64,000 nt of DNA from Rhizodiscina lignyota (Eukaryota), in the NCBI GenBank assembly GCA_010015805.1, contig ML978127.1:744001-808000 (forward strand). Direction: 5' to 3'. Both the position numbers and the translations under genes were made by a program. Positions 25,686 to 39,069 of this stretch are shown one piece after another; positions within the stretch are counted from its first letter, which is position 1; every line of letters starts with the position of its first letter. The notes under the pieces are model-generated. The model saw nothing but the letters and a program-made list of their open reading frames with translations, was not told the origin of the DNA and searched no databases.

Positions 25686-28600
25686 AATAGTGCATCTCTT
25701 AATTGGAGAGGCGTTGGGGGAATTTTGGTTGGGCATAGCACTTGATGGGCATGCTCGAGGATAAAAGGAGAGCTTAACGCTTCGGTTGTAGAACTTACAA
25801 AGATATCTATTTCGCCGACCTCCGCGCGTAAGATATGTAACTTCCCCAGAAGTATCGTTGATTCCATTCTAAACTCCCCATATCTCTCTGCAAGGCCATT
25901 GCTGTCGCCCAATTGTGCAGCAACTTCATCCGCATGCTGCATCTACCTAGATATGGTCAATTGCCAAAGGACGGAGACCGACCTCGCTATGGAGGAGCAT
26001 CACAAGCTATTGGAAGGAGGTATTAGATGGGCATTGAGCTTGTGCATGTATACTTGTCACAGCTTATGGTATACAACGGTCTAGACCTCATGAGTTTGCC
26101 ACTGAACGACCAAGCTACGATCAGCAAAATCCTAGAGTCCGCAACCCTTCCGCACTTTCACATGGAGTTGTCGATCATCATCACATTCTAAATGCCACGA
26201 TTATTGAGCGCGGGTAATGATGCTCATAACCATGGTTTTGTAATGATGAAACGAAATTTTCTTAAGGTTGGGAGTTCGAGCCCAAGAGCCTGCCTCCTAT
26301 CGGGCGCCAGAAATGTGAAGACTTGGGGGTTCGAACTAGTCGTATTGTTCAGATCTGTTATGTAGGTAGCTAAGTCTGTATAATGAAGAGGACGTGACAT
26401 GTTTGGAATCCGTTCAAGCTTCCGACTGTTGTCTTTTGTCGACGATCATAATTTTGTACTAAGCTTCATAGCAGTACTGTATAAGAGCGTCCAGTTGAAT
26501 AAGTTCAAATAAGGGAGAGCCAAGCTGTTCTGTCCATATGCACATTTTTCGATTTCGAAAATGGACGACGACGTTATTGGCAACCTCACAACTTCACAAC
26601 CTCAAAGTAGAATTCTGAGCGAATGGAGGTGGTCTTCGTGACCTGAACAAACTTTCCCCGTACTGATACCTCAACTCGATCAGGCATAGATATCAACGGG
26701 TAATCATTACTCACTCAGTTCCGCGGGTGTTTCCATTCCAGTCCACGCCGCGATTTGGATTTACGGCCGGAATTGAGGGCGAGGAACTGATCGAAACTGG
26801 CACTTACGCGAATAAGTCTCCGCCGTATCGTCAAACTGCTTCTGTAGATGCTCGCCATCGCTAGTAGCTGTTCTATATCTTCATCGTTATGATGATGCTT
26901 GTCAGCACAGTCCAATAGTAGTGAGAAAGACTAGATTTTAGTCTTTGCACAGGTCAAACGAGAAAGGTTGAAATGTCACTTCAGTCTTGCCAATGTAAAG
27001 CTGTATGATGACAAGGGCACGTCTGAGGGGTGCGCAGGATTAAATGGATGGTCCAATCAGCTTTGTTTCGCTTCCGGGCGATATAAGACCTACAGCGAAG
27101 CGTCTCTAAGTTCCACGCCTGCCCAATATTCTGCAGCATTCGTACCATTCGAGGGCGGCAGCAGATACGAAATGATAGACCCCATTTAGTGTACGTCGGC
27201 GTTGGAATGTAAGAACGTGTCCAGAACGCAGCACGAGGAGGTTTTGCAAGATCCACTGTTCCACTGCACGACACGGCCTCGGCGAGTTGTGCGGCGCACC
27301 GAGAAGTTTTCTCACCAGCAGACGGACGGTTGAGCGGCGTGGATTTGGAGGCCAAGTGCCAGATTGACCACATTTACGCGGCACGGTTGCAAAGTGTTGC
27401 ATTCCAGTCTCACAAAGTCGAGGGGAGGCAGTAGGAATGCGTTGGTACTGCGAGTCTAGATTGATGTCAGAAAGTACCAACGGAGGCCGAAACGGAGGAT
27501 CTGAACCCCAAAGCGAGCCAACGTCCTTTAGCCCTGGAAAGTGATCGGCGGCGCGATACCCACAGTTTCCCCAGATCCAGACATGGGGGTTTGGTGAACG
27601 AAGTACGTCAAAATGCGCAGGGCGGAAGACTACGGAAAGCGGCAGTGTGCGAAGCTGACAGAACGAGAAGACGCGACACAGGAACCCTTTTTGAATGCAC
27701 ACGTGAGAAATCGGAAGACTTGAGACTTTTGGACAGACAGTGCCTATTTTTCGCAGCTTTGATTCGCTACTTCTAGATATTTTGCATGTGGCAGGCACTG
27801 AGCTGACTAGAAGGCTTGATTTAGCACAGCCTCAGCGCAAGATCTCAAATTCTGGAACTGAGAGGTTGACAATGAGAAACTTAGCGAGAACTAGAATTGG
27901 CTTTCACCGGAACTGTATAGGATTGGAAGACTGATTATTGAGGAAAGCATGCGCTGGTCAATTGAACTTCATCGGCCCCAATCGTCGATGCAAGCCGGCG
28001 GCACAGAAATGAAATCGGAGGGTTCCGTTGATGAAGCACAAACCGGTTGACTGCATCATCTTGTGCGGCACGGAGGAACAACCGACACTGTATTACGTTG
28101 AATTCGATCGTAGATGGGACTTGGTTAATCTACCGAATGTTGAGTGCAGCTCTCGCGAAGCAGTGGTGTCGAGTTGATAGGATGCGAGAGATGTGAGACC
28201 AGGAATCGCAACATGTGTCCTCTGTCGTGGTACAAGTGCCGTCATATGTGCTGTTTGGCGAGAGAGTTCTTGTTGTTACCTGTCATCACCCGCGCAAAAG
28301 GCCCCGAAACAGTACTGCACTCGGCGACGATCCTTCGCGCGACTCCATCGTCCAGCTCATTAATTGGGGGCTGTTGGCGTCGCAACACCAACAAAGACTG
28401 ATCGGTTGGTGATTTTCGTACGAGAACGTTCTGGTCACAGCGGCACCGAATACGCTGGGGCTGCTGCCTCCTATTCACGCCTGATGATGAATTCGCGAGG
28501 CACAGCTGTGCAGAGTGGAGTTACTGAGATGGAATGGATGCCACAAGAGGAGAGTGTCATTGATGCCAAGAACGGCACGTGGTGTGGAGAATGAGGAAAG

Positions 28601-29812
28601 CGCAGCGGAGGCGGCCGTGACGACGCTCGAAAATGTGTTTGACAATTATAACAAACGAGAGCTTACAGGACAATGCTAACATAAGGTCATCAACACTACC
28701 GCGTCTGGAAAATAGAGTCGAACTGGCCAACGTCTGCCGTCAGATCGGAGGTCGGAGGCTACTTTTAGCTGCACTGGCAGGGGTGCTGCATCAGGGCTCG
28801 CACAGCGCAAGCAACCAGATGTCGCGACTATCATTCCTAATTTCTGGACCAACCATGACCAAGCGGGTTGCGCGTCCGGAGCGTCGTGAAGACACATCTC
28901 TGTTCCTTGGGCAGGATTTCAAAATCGACGGACTCTGTGCCTCCACCGCGAAATTGCGGCAGAGGCAGTCGTGCTGTCGATGTCGATATTGCTCTCTGCG
29001 GCCGTATTCGGACGGGCACAGCCGAGCGCCTCACCCGAACGAGCCACGTCCAACGGCTCTGCGAATTTCAAGCGCACAATGCCATTGTGAGGGTCAGAGG
29101 CCGCGAGAATAGATTAAATCTGCTCTGGCGCTCCACTCTCTTCATATAGCGACGACTCTCTCCAAGCATTCTCGCCGTCCGGCGGAGAGTCCAGCTCACG
29201 CAGGTGCTATAGTCAATATTTTACTTTGCCTCTTGTGGCTAAGCATGCTCGGAATAGGCCATCTGGCCCCACAGCCATGCATTGGCGCCTATTTATGGAA
29301 GCGTGGGCGGACATGGTGTGGAGGGCCGCCGATCCCTGATCCTGACGTCCAGCCGAAAAACACCAGTCGCGTACGCGATCTTCTCACGACACGAGAGCTC
29401 CAGAATAGCTGTCTCGTAACTTGGCGTATGCATCAAACGAGGATCACGATGCAGCTTAACGTATGACCAATTCGCCGTGCTATGCAGCCCTTCTCGCCCG
29501 CACCCTGGCTGCAACGCCGGTGCCATGTACATAATGCCACCGTGAGCCATGAGGGGGCGGTGTTCTCTAAAGATACCCTCACTGCCTCCGTGCGCTTCAT
29601 ATTATTCTCTCTTTCCGACTGGCCAAAGCCTCCGACCTGTTGGTTTTGCTGCCAGTAATATCTCATGTCTCTCCTCTGCTTCACTTCATGCAGCTTCGTC
29701 TTTTCTTCCACTTTCCTCATGCCGGCTAGTCACTGATCGTGACTCTGCCCTAACGTCCTGTTGCATATTTACATTCGTATGATCTAAGTTCTTGGTTCGT
29801 TTCATATACAAG

Positions 29813-32800
29813 ATGGCTTCCCAAGAAGTCGTACCTTTCTCAGCCTTCTCTCCACTGGACATCACCACCAGTGGAGAGACTCCCAACCCTCGACGAAGCC
29901 TTTCGATATTCAGCCGCCGAGGAGCTACACCCAAACCCCAGATCGATCGCCTCCCGAGCATAGTATCGAAGAGGACCTCTATCAGACACTCAATTGCCGA
30001 ACGACGACCCAGCAAGATGTTTAAAACTCGGAGGTCGGAGTCGAAGAGCGGCTCGCAGGGCACAATCTTGAGGGCGGTACCTGAGGCTTGCTCAGACTGC
30101 ACCGGCTTTGGGGCTCGCTCGATGAGCTCTCTAGAGCTTGCAATGGCAACATCGCCGAACGAAGAGATCCTGAGCGCTATTGGCATGCCTTCGCCCGACG
30201 TCACCACGCCTACATCTGCCACTTCCCCATATCTCACCGAACGACCACAACTACAACAAAGCTCACAAGGAACAACAAAGCGTTCCAGAAGGCATTCTGA
30301 GACCAAATCGAATGTCATTGGTATGTGGATGAATGGCCGGACCAAGTGGGTCTCGGATGCGACCACGTCTGCCACATCCAAAGAGAGCTTAGGTGAGACT
30401 GAGGCTATTTCAAGCATTCAAAATTCCGAGACACACGATCCAAAGTCCCGGAGGCCAAGAATACAAGTCATTATTCCAAATGACCGGCTAACTGGACCCT
30501 TCCCTTCCATACCTTTCTTCCAACCTGTAGCCTCATACTCTTCAGTCGACGCCAAAGCCTCAGCAGGATTCGTTTCAACACAGGAGATGCATGTCCCAGC
30601 TGGAGCCATTGGCCGGACCACGACTATTCACATGTCCACATCGGCTCTCGAGCCACACAACCCACAGCCTCAACGACCTTTTGCAAACCTTCCCGTTCAG
30701 CTCAAGGGCCCAGAGCTTGACCTCCCTTCAGTTGCAGCACACCTTACTAGACCTTCACTATCTAATTCCACATCATCAGATGGATCCAACTCGAATACGG
30801 AGGAAGAGGAGGATGACCGGTCCAACTACAGCGCCAGGTCGTCCATGACCAGTGTCAGCAGCGACATGGCTGCCAACCCCGAGCTCCTGAAGCCTAACAC
30901 CCTTCACAAGAGGACTGGTAGCCAGGCCTTCTCGATCACGTCACCAGCTGCAGCAGGTGTCTACGATGACGCCTCCCGAGCTGGTGAAGACTCGCCTTCG
31001 GTTGACAGCATATTCCCAGTAGAGCTCCCAGGCTCACCAGTACCAAATGACAAACTCTCTAGAGCATCATCGCAAGCTTTACCACGTTCCTGGAGCCGGA
31101 AGCGGATGTCCTCTCGACGTGGTGTGAAGCTTTTGACTGCACCGAGGGAAGAACCAGCCACCAAGCCGAACGGCGAGCCACGAACTCCAAGCCCGACACT
31201 CAGTGACGCGGAGAAAGACTTGGAAACCACACTTACCTCAATCGAGGAGAGGGCCTCTCCGAAGCAGGAATGCTCTGAGAACGAGACATCTCCATTGCCC
31301 GAGGTTGTACCAGAGCTTCCTCCCCTTGAAGCCAAACCTCCGACTCCTCCACCGAAATCTGCTCGTCGACAATCGATCCGTCCGCAAGCACTTCGTCCTT
31401 CTGTACAGTCGAGGCAGGCTGAGGAGCTTCTCCGAGCCGACCGTGAGCTAACGGAGCAGGCGAAACTGCGCAAGAATAAGCCAAGTCTGAAAAACTATGG
31501 CCTGCGCAGAATCAATTCGCTGTCCATGCCCGACATTGCCGAAATGGTAAGGTCAGAAACGCCTGACCTGGCGAGGAAGCAACAAGAAATGGCTGAGCGA
31601 CAGATTTCTGCACAACAAGCCGAGGAAGTCATTCTCCATATCATGGAGGCTTTGCAGTCTTTGGACGATCTGGTTAACACGGCTGCTCTGAACAAGGGCT
31701 TCTACCGCGTCTTCAAGCGCCACGAAATCGAACTTCTCAGAGGTGTCCTGAAGAACTCTTCCGCGCCAGCGTGGGAGTACATGGAGACCTGCAGACCCAC
31801 TGAAGACCGCGTTGATGAGGACGGCAGCCCAATCAGCGCCATCCCATCCGACTACACTCCTTCCTCCTATCTCAAATTCTACATTGAATCACACGCCACT
31901 CTTATTTCCTTGAAGGCACTCATTCTGGCAAAATGCCAATCTTTCCTTCGTGCCACTACGGTAATCGCACTGGCCAGCCCCGATCCAGCCATCTCTACTC
32001 GCGTTGACTCGGCGCTTTGGCGCATCTGGACCTTCTGCAGGATCTTCGGCTCAAACCGGAGCCGCGAGGACGACATCGTTGGCCAAATGGATTGGCTTCG
32101 CGGCGGGCAACTCGCACACCAGCAAACATGTACATCAACCATTGTAAGCAGCGACAGCTTTTACCTCAGCAGTGTTCTCTTGAATGCACCCGAGCACTTT
32201 GCGCGGGGAAATGGCAAGAAGGGGCTCGGCGCGGAGGACCTGTATGATATGACCGAACTCTGGAACTGCTTCAACTGGCTTGTGCAAGGTCTTGAGGGGA
32301 GGACGGAGCAGGCAAGGCAATTCGGTGTGTTTGACAACACTGAGGTGCGCGGTGGTGATATTGATGGAGAAGAGGCTATGCTTGGTAAGCTTTCCGATTT
32401 CTTCGAATGGTCACTCAATCATGCGCGGAAATACTTTTGATGATTTCTGTGTATTTCTTCTCTTCATTTCATCTCAAACTTTGTTATTTCCTGCTTTTCT
32501 TTTTAAGTCCTATTTCGAAGAAGAGCACACTTCTCGTTGAAATGATGGAACATTTGCTGATTTGCTATTGCAGAGGAATTCCAATCATACGTCCTCACGC
32601 TTGGCCTTTACCCACTTCTCACCGTCGCCTCCGCACTTCTGCCATCCGATGACAACGCATCCATCGAAGACATTGCCGCAGATCCCACCGCACTTGCCCT
32701 TGCGAAGGAGCATGGCTGGAGTTCCTGGACCCCTCCACCAGCCGGTGGCTCTCGCAGCACTTTCCTTAAGGAGCCTCTCGCACGCTTGTACGAAGAGCGC

Positions 32801-33607
32801 ATTGCAGCAGCTTTCGCCGCAAACGAGGACCAGGAACGCCAAGCGAAGAGCGAGGAGATGAAGGAGGTGCGCCGCCTGCGTGGCCAGAGCTACGCAGAGG
32901 AGATCAAGCTCCGCAAGAGGAGCATGGGCGCCGAGGAGCCTCCAAGACCGCGAACTGGATGGGGCAACGAGCGCCCGATGAGCGACTGGGAGCTTGTGAT
33001 CAGCAAGCTCGCGAGCCCGACATCGATCGAAGCACACGCCGAGGCCGAGCCCGCGAGGTCTCTCGAGATGGTTTCCCCAGAGGAGCTCGAGAAGGACCTC
33101 ACCCGGAGCGCCACCCCCTCAACCGCTGTTTCCCTCAACTCGGTCCCGCAACACGCCTACGATAAGTACGCGCCATCCGCGCTCTCCGGCCCGTCCGCAC
33201 CCGCCTCATCCTCCTCGTCCAGCCCTCACCTGCGCCCCCTCCCACCATCTCCGCTCTCGCCAACTTTCTCGCACTCCATCTCCTCGCCATCCTCCTCCAC
33301 CTCACTCTACAACGACATCCACCCGGCCCTCCGCCCGGCCGTGCACACGCGCGCCGTGAGCGCCGAAAGCCAGGAGACGTTCTACTCGTCGGCGCGCAGC
33401 CGCGCGAGCATGCAGCATCCTATCCAGACGCAGCTGATGAGCCTGCCCGGCGCGGACCTGGCCGCACACAGCGCGGAGCGCGCCATCTTCCGCATCGTGG
33501 AGATGGGCTGGACGGCGGACGAGGCGCGGCACGCGCTGCGGGTGACGGACATGGGCGATGGGCTGCGGGTTGATCGCGCGGTTGAGCTGTTGCTTCGACA
33601 GACGTGA
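29813..33607 (+). CDS. Large S/P-rich protein with F-box-like central region and C-terminal UBA-like domain (intron 32385-32573)
   Basis: Long ORF containing AEEVILHIMEALQSLDDLVNTAALNKGFYRVF. The intron joins in frame (ML|EEFQSY). The C-terminus IFRIVEMGWTADEARHAL...DRAVELLL is UBA-like. Confidence 0.8.
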
Positions 33608-34199
33608 GATGAGACGGTCTTTCGACGATCTTTTCTTTTGTTTTGGGGATGGGAGGGACGGACTGGGTTGCATTCGGATGCGGAAATGAGACCAAAAATG
33701 TGAAATTGGTAAAGATAATGTTTATAGCTAGTGAAAAAGGGGGCCTGGGATAGGCAGGATCGTGGGCGCTGGCTTTCTGCTTTTTTTTGTTTTGTTTGAG
33801 ATTATGAGATACCCAGCCAAGGACTATTGGTAATGTTTGAAAGTAAAATTCAAATTGTTCAATATTGAAGTACTTGCTCCTCATGCTCAGATTGAACTCG
33901 GTGAACATTCGACTCGAGGCGCATCTTACACTCGTATCAAGGCATGCATAGTCAAAAAATGTCGGCGTAATGACTGTATTTGTGCACGGCAGTTGCATTT
34001 ACCTATACTAAACTTGCGTCATAGAGATTCATATCAGAAGGATGGGAGTAAATGTACGTGTTTTGTGCGTGCTCGATCACGGACGGGAGTTCCTCATGCA
34101 CATAAACAGATATCCATGGATGTTGAGAATGTGGTCATCTAGAAACTCTACCTCATTGCAATCATCTATAACATGACAACAGTAGCCACTTTTGATACA

Positions 34200-36077
34200 C
34201 TACTTCGGGGGTATTCCCTTCTCCAGGTTCTCGCCGACGACTTCACCAGCGCCCAAAGCGACGACTTCACCCTTCTTGCTATCCGCTGCACCCGCGTTCT
34301 TCTCGTCCCTCATCATCGGGAATGCAATGACTTCCTTGATACTGTAGTTATTCGTCAAGAACATGACCATGCGATCAATGCCCATGCCCCAGCCTCCCGT
34401 CGGCGGTAGGCCGTGCTCGAGGGCCTCAAGGAAAAGCTCGTCCACCATCTGCGCCTCGTCGTCGCCTTGCGCCTTCTGTCTCGCCTGCTCCTCGAAGCGC
34501 TCGCGTTGCTCGAATGGGTCGTTCAACTCAGTGTAGGCATTAGCGATCTCCTTCTTGCACACAAATGCCTCGAAACGCTCTGTGAGGCCCTGGTGCTCGC
34601 GATGGTCCTTGGCCAGCGGGCTCATCACCTTGGGGTGGTTCATGATGAACGTCGGGCTCACGCAAGTCTCCTCGATGAACTCGCCGACCAGCTTGTCGAG
34701 CATTCTTGCGTTCGTTAGCGGCGGTGAACAGTCGACCTTCGTCTTCGCTAGGACCTTCTTCAAGAATTCGTTCGTCTCATCCGTGTGGAGCTGGTCTGAA
34801 GGTGGGAACTTCTCCCCTGTAGCCTTCTCCAGCTCCGGTATCATCTCGACGCGCCTCCACGGTCGTGACCAGTCGACGTCGTAGATCTCACCATGCTGCG
34901 TCTTGAACTGTGTCTTGAGGCCGCCAGTGACATGCTGGACGAGCCCTGTGACTAATTCCTCCGTCCTGTCCATGACGTCATAATAGTCGGCATATGCTTC
35001 GTAGAACTCGCAGGTCGTAAATTCGGGGTTGTGCGTAAGATCAATGTCCTCGTTCCGGAACTGCTGCCCAATTTCAAACACTCGGGGAAATCCGCCAACT
35101 ACGAGCATCTTAAGCCACAGCTCAGGCGCAACGCGCATGAACATATCCAGGTCGAGGTCATTGTGATGTGTCTTGAAAGGTTTCGCCGTCGCACCTCCAG
35201 CGATCTTGTTCATCATTGGTGTCGAAATCTCTTGGAAGCCGTTGTCCTCGAAGTACCTGCGAATGTAACTGACGATCTTTCCTCGTGTCAGTATGGTGTT
35301 GCGGCTGGTAGGATTCATCATGAAATCGAGGAAGCGCTTGCGTATGCGTGTGTCGTGATCCTTGAGACCATAATGCTCGGTCGGCAGTAAATGTATGCAT
35401 GGGCTGAGAAGCTGAATCTCTGTAGCGAAAATGCTGAGCTCGCCGTCGCCGTCGGTGCGGTTCTTCGGATTCGTCTTGCCGGGAAATCCAACCACACCGA
35501 TAGTGTCACCGCGTTGCAGACGGCTATGCTGGTCGTCGAATGATGGGGAGGGCACGGAGTTCTCCTTTTGTCCAACCACCTGAACCTTGACCCCCTGTGC
35601 CTCTACAACGTAGAACTTGAGGGCACCGAACGATCTTCTTGACAGTATCCTGCCCCCAATGCGGATCTCGTCGTCCTTGACTTGCTCTCCCGCCGTGAGT
35701 CCGTTGTACTTCTCGAAGAACTCGGGCATATTCGTGGTGACTTTGAACTTGTGAGGGTATGGGTTGGGGCTCTTGGTGGAGCGAAGCTCTAATATGTCCC
35801 GAGTCCGGTTCTCCGTGAACTGGGCGGGGTCTAACTCAACATCACCGGCCTTCTTCTTGCTGGGTGCAGGCTTGGGAGGTGCGGCAGCAGCCTTGGCCTC
35901 CTTCTTCGCCATCTTCTCCCGTCTTTTCTGTTCGTTCTTGGATATAGGCTTGTCATCGTTGGGCTGACCATCGGCAGCCTGTCCAGCGGGTGGAGGAGCC
36001 TCGCCATTGGAGATGGCCGCTTGACTCAGTGACTCAGATAGCTGTGCGGCTGCATCTTTGGGAGCCTCGTCCCCCAT
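34200..36077 (-). CDS. KRS1: Lysyl-tRNA synthetase (class II, cytosolic), single exon
   Basis: PYPHKF, an OB-fold region, [13 protein letters not shown], motif 2 [32 protein letters not shown] and motif 3 [14 protein letters not shown]. Confidence 0.98.
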   Translation of the reverse strand: MGDEAPKDAAAQLSESLSQAAISNGEAPPPAGQAADGQPNDDKPISKNEQKRREKMAKKEAKAAAAPPKPAPSKKKAGDVELDPAQFTENRTRDILELRSTKSPNPYPHKFKVTTNMPEFFEKYNGLTAGEQVKDDEIRIGGRILSRRSFGALKFYVVEAQGVKVQVVGQKENSVPSPSFDDQHSRLQRGDTIGVVGFPGKTNPKNRTDGDGELSIFATEIQLLSPCIHLLPTEHYGLKDHDTRIRKRFLDFMMNPTSRNTILTRGKIVSYIRRYFEDNGFQEISTPMMNKIAGGATAKPFKTHHNDLDLDMFMRVAPELWLKMLVVGGFPRVFEIGQQFRNEDIDLTHNPEFTTCEFYEAYADYYDVMDRTEELVTGLVQHVTGGLKTQFKTQHGEIYDVDWSRPWRRVEMIPELEKATGEKFPPSDQLHTDETNEFLKKVLAKTKVDCSPPLTNARMLDKLVGEFIEETCVSPTFIMNHPKVMSPLAKDHREHQGLTERFEAFVCKKEIANAYTELNDPFEQRERFEEQARQKAQGDDEAQMVDELFLEALEHGLPPTGGWGMGIDRMVMFLTNNYSIKEVIAFPMMRDEKNAGAADSKKGEVVALGAGEVVGENLEKGIPPK

Positions 36078-36250
36078 GATGAGAAGCTATGTATCGATGC
36101 GTGAAGTGTATGTAGGTTTACGGTGTGGTTGTTCCCGCGAGCTCGACGATTGAGCTGCTTAATGTTTTGGATGTACGATGGTGGAGAGGAAATTTGGAGG
36201 GCGCTTAAAATAGCGAGTGCGTATGCGGCGCCGATGTGATTCGATACCGA

Positions 36251-36257
36251 TGACTCA
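36251..36257. promoter_or_regulatory. Gcn4/CpcA (cross-pathway control) element TGACTCA upstream of KRS1
   Basis: ATGACTCA lies about 175 bp upstream of the KRS1 ATG. Aminoacyl-tRNA synthetase genes are established Gcn4/CpcA targets. Confidence 0.6.
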
Positions 36258-36786
36258 CAGGCGCGGGTGCGCAGCGAAATTGAACAGCTTCGAGTGCAGG
36301 GAGATTGCAGAATGGCGGCAGAGCTTTGGCAGTACGGTAGTGAGATGGTGATGTTAAATTTGTGGTGGCTGTCCCCGCGAAGTCTTGGCGAGTTTGCTCG
36401 ACGCCAGGAACGCGAGGCTCACAGCGCGACAGCTAACCTCCGACTCTCCGCGTCAAAGAACTCGCACATGTGTCCTCTTTATTCGCTTCATTTGTGTTTT
36501 GCAAGGAATGCTGAGGGTGCGGAATTAATAATTGTCCTTTTGATTTGAAGGATGCGACGCTCACCTCCCAAGTCACAGCGTGTCTTCATATAGAGCGCAG
36601 GTGCTCGCTTGTTGCACCTGCAATGTTTGCTGTCATCGGAGGTTGTACTTGCATCAGATTACACCGCCACGGAGTATAGATCGATTGGTTTGATACCCTC
36701 TTTGAAGAAGCTTCAATTGTTGTCCTATACTAGATTCTTTTCTAAACCTCTCTCATGTACCTCCGTTGACTTTGCCTCACCTCAAT

Positions 36787-37593
36787 ATGCCTTTCCCATA
36801 CGTCACCGAGGTCATACAAGCGGCCATTCTCAGTGCAACTTCTAACGTCCTAGCACAAGGCATTTCAGCATATAAAGAGGACGTCAGTCATTTGCGCCGC
36901 TTCTGTCCTCCACCAAAGAGACTCTAAGGCTGATATGAAGTCCGACAGCGCGCATTCTCCCTCAACACCGCCCCAATCGTCCAGTTCGTCACCTACGCAA
37001 TCCTCAACACCCCTCTGAACTGCGCCTGGCAGGAATGGCTTGAATCTCAGTTCCCTGGCTCCAGCTCCCCCGACCCTGCGTCCACGCACCCGGCTGGCCC
37101 GAACGCGTACAATGAGAAGAGATCAGACGAGAAGCCGGCGAGCGAGCAGGTCAAAGACAAAGCAGTCGCGAAGAGGAGCACAATAAACGTGCGCAACACG
37201 GCCATCAAGTTCGCCTTGGACCAGACCATCGGCGCGACGTTCAACACGGTGCTCTTCGTGGCAGGCATCAGCGCGCTGAAGGGAATGGGATGGGACGAGA
37301 TCGTGCATGCGCTCAAGAACGTACGCTGAACCTCCCTCTGCCCCTGCCCCATCTACCCTTGAACCGTGCTTCCGTGAACCTCTAGTGATGTCTACTTTGG
37401 CTTGCGTTAAAATATGTAACAAAGAATGACCCCGCCCTAGGACTGCATGCCTATCTACTGGGCCGGAATGAAACTCTGGCCCTTAGTGTCGCTGATCAGC
37501 TTCACGCTCATTCCTGTGGAGAAGAGAGTAGTCTTTGGCAGCATTGTTGGCGTCGCCTGGGGCATCTTCTTGAGTCTGCAGGTCGCACAATGA
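36787..37593 (+). CDS. Mpv17/PMP22 family membrane protein (introns 36883-36948 and 37321-37440)
   Basis: QAAILSATSNVLAQ, PLNCAWQEWLESQFP, KFALDQTIGA and KLWPLVSLISFTLIPVEKRVVFGSIVGVAWGIFLSL. Confidence 0.9.
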
Positions 37594-37870
37594 GCACGCT
37601 CGCGCGATTTTACGGCGGCGAGACGAGAGGACCATTCGGTGTGGGCCTCGCGGTACTGGATGCTGGGATTTCGGCGCTGCTGTACGTAGTTGAGAGTGGG
37701 CTTATGGCGTTGGATCTGATCGAAAGAGATGTCACACCTGCAGTAGAAGATGGATAGACATTGATATTCACCGATTTCATTGTTTATATTCTGGTCAGGT
37801 CTGTTTCGCCCAACCACCGCATACAACATCTCATCATCTGTAGTGAAGCAAGTATGCCATGACGCCTGAC

Positions 37871-38037
37871 GCTCTTGGTCCAGAAAGATCAGTAAATCCA
37901 TTCGCAAATGGATCACGTGCGAAAGACCCTTTTTCTCGTCTTTGAACGCCTAAAATGTAGAAGCAGATCGCTTTTGGTCTAAAAGACAGTAAACCCGCTT
38001 GCAAATGCAATGCAATGGATCACGTGCGGAAGACCTT
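37871..38037. repeat. Imperfect direct duplication (about 60-68 bp x2), each copy containing GGATCACGTGCG
   Basis: Copy 1 (37871-37930): GCTCTTGGTCCAGAAAGATCAGTAAATCC...ATGGATCACGTGCGAAAGACC. Copy 2 (37970-38037): GCTTTTGGTCTAAAAGACAGTAAACCC...ATGGATCACGTGCGGAAGACC. Confidence 0.75.
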
Positions 38038-38196
38038 CCCGACATGCCCATAAAACTCCGAAGCCAGAAAAGAAAAGAAAAAACAATTGCAACGCCGCTG
38101 AAATGGGCCCAAAAAAGCAAAGTTGGTGCAAGTCGTAGATGGTGAAGTCTCGTGTCGTCATATCGATGCTGGTCGAGTTGTTGGATGCGGAGAGGT

Positions 38197-39069
38197 TTAC
38201 TCGATGCTGTATCCGGAGACACCGTCCTCAATGATGAAGTCCATGCGCTTGAACTCGATCGTCTCGTACAGATTACGAGCCTCCAACCGCGCACGCTTGT
38301 GCCATGGTCCGGTACCGCCCAGCTTGGCGTCTTTCTCGGAGCGCCACATGCCTGTTTGATATGTCATCAGATTTATGCTAAATTAAAAAACGCCATAGCT
38401 GCATACATGGATGTACAAGATATAAATGCACGATGAAAGTACAAAGCTTCAAAAAATGGAGATAGGGAAAAACTCACAAGTCGCGAGGTTCCTCCTCTCC
38501 TCATTCGGCGATCCGAAGTAGTACATCAGCAGTCCCCCGCTCTCCACGGCCTCGCGGTGGCTCTCCTTGTCCAGCTGGTACAGTAGATCGCGGTCGACAC
38601 CTTCCTGGAGTTTCGAGAAGAACGCCACGGCATAGAACGTCTGCTTGGACCACGTGTGGCCCTCCTCGGCACAGAGGTCGCGGAGGCGCTCCATCACGAG
38701 TGGCCACTTGATCGCGGTCTCATAGGAAGCAGTCGCATAGGAAGGAGTCGCAAATTCGAAGGCGGTCAAAGCACGTGCCAACAAAGCAGACTGGATGTCG
38801 AGAGTTGAGAGATGGAGCTGATGGCTGAGTTCGGTGTACGGCGAAGTGATGATCAGATCCTGGGCGGTAACTGCAGAGTCTTGACGAGCTTCCATGGCCT
38901 GTGCCTCCCGATGCTTCTCCGGGGTGACTTCTCCGGCGCGCTCGACATTTTCAGCTGGCGATTCCGGAATCTCGCGGGTATCAACAGTCGCTGGGCTCTT
39001 TGCATTTGTCGTTGTCGTGCTTACGTTAGGAAGCGTCAACCCGAGTGTTTCCTTCACGAGAGTAGCCAT
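38197..39069 (-). CDS. UPF0643-like conserved fungal protein (intron 38352-38477)
   Basis: LITSPY...HQLHL, YAVAFFS, LDKESHREAVESGGLLMYYFG and RNLATC|MWRSEKDAKLGGTGPWHKRA. Confidence 0.82.

Noticed and set aside
26262..26340. Two GTTCGA B-box/T-loop-like motifs (possible tRNA or SINE)
   Set aside because: No cloverleaf, no acceptor stem and no A box could be built.
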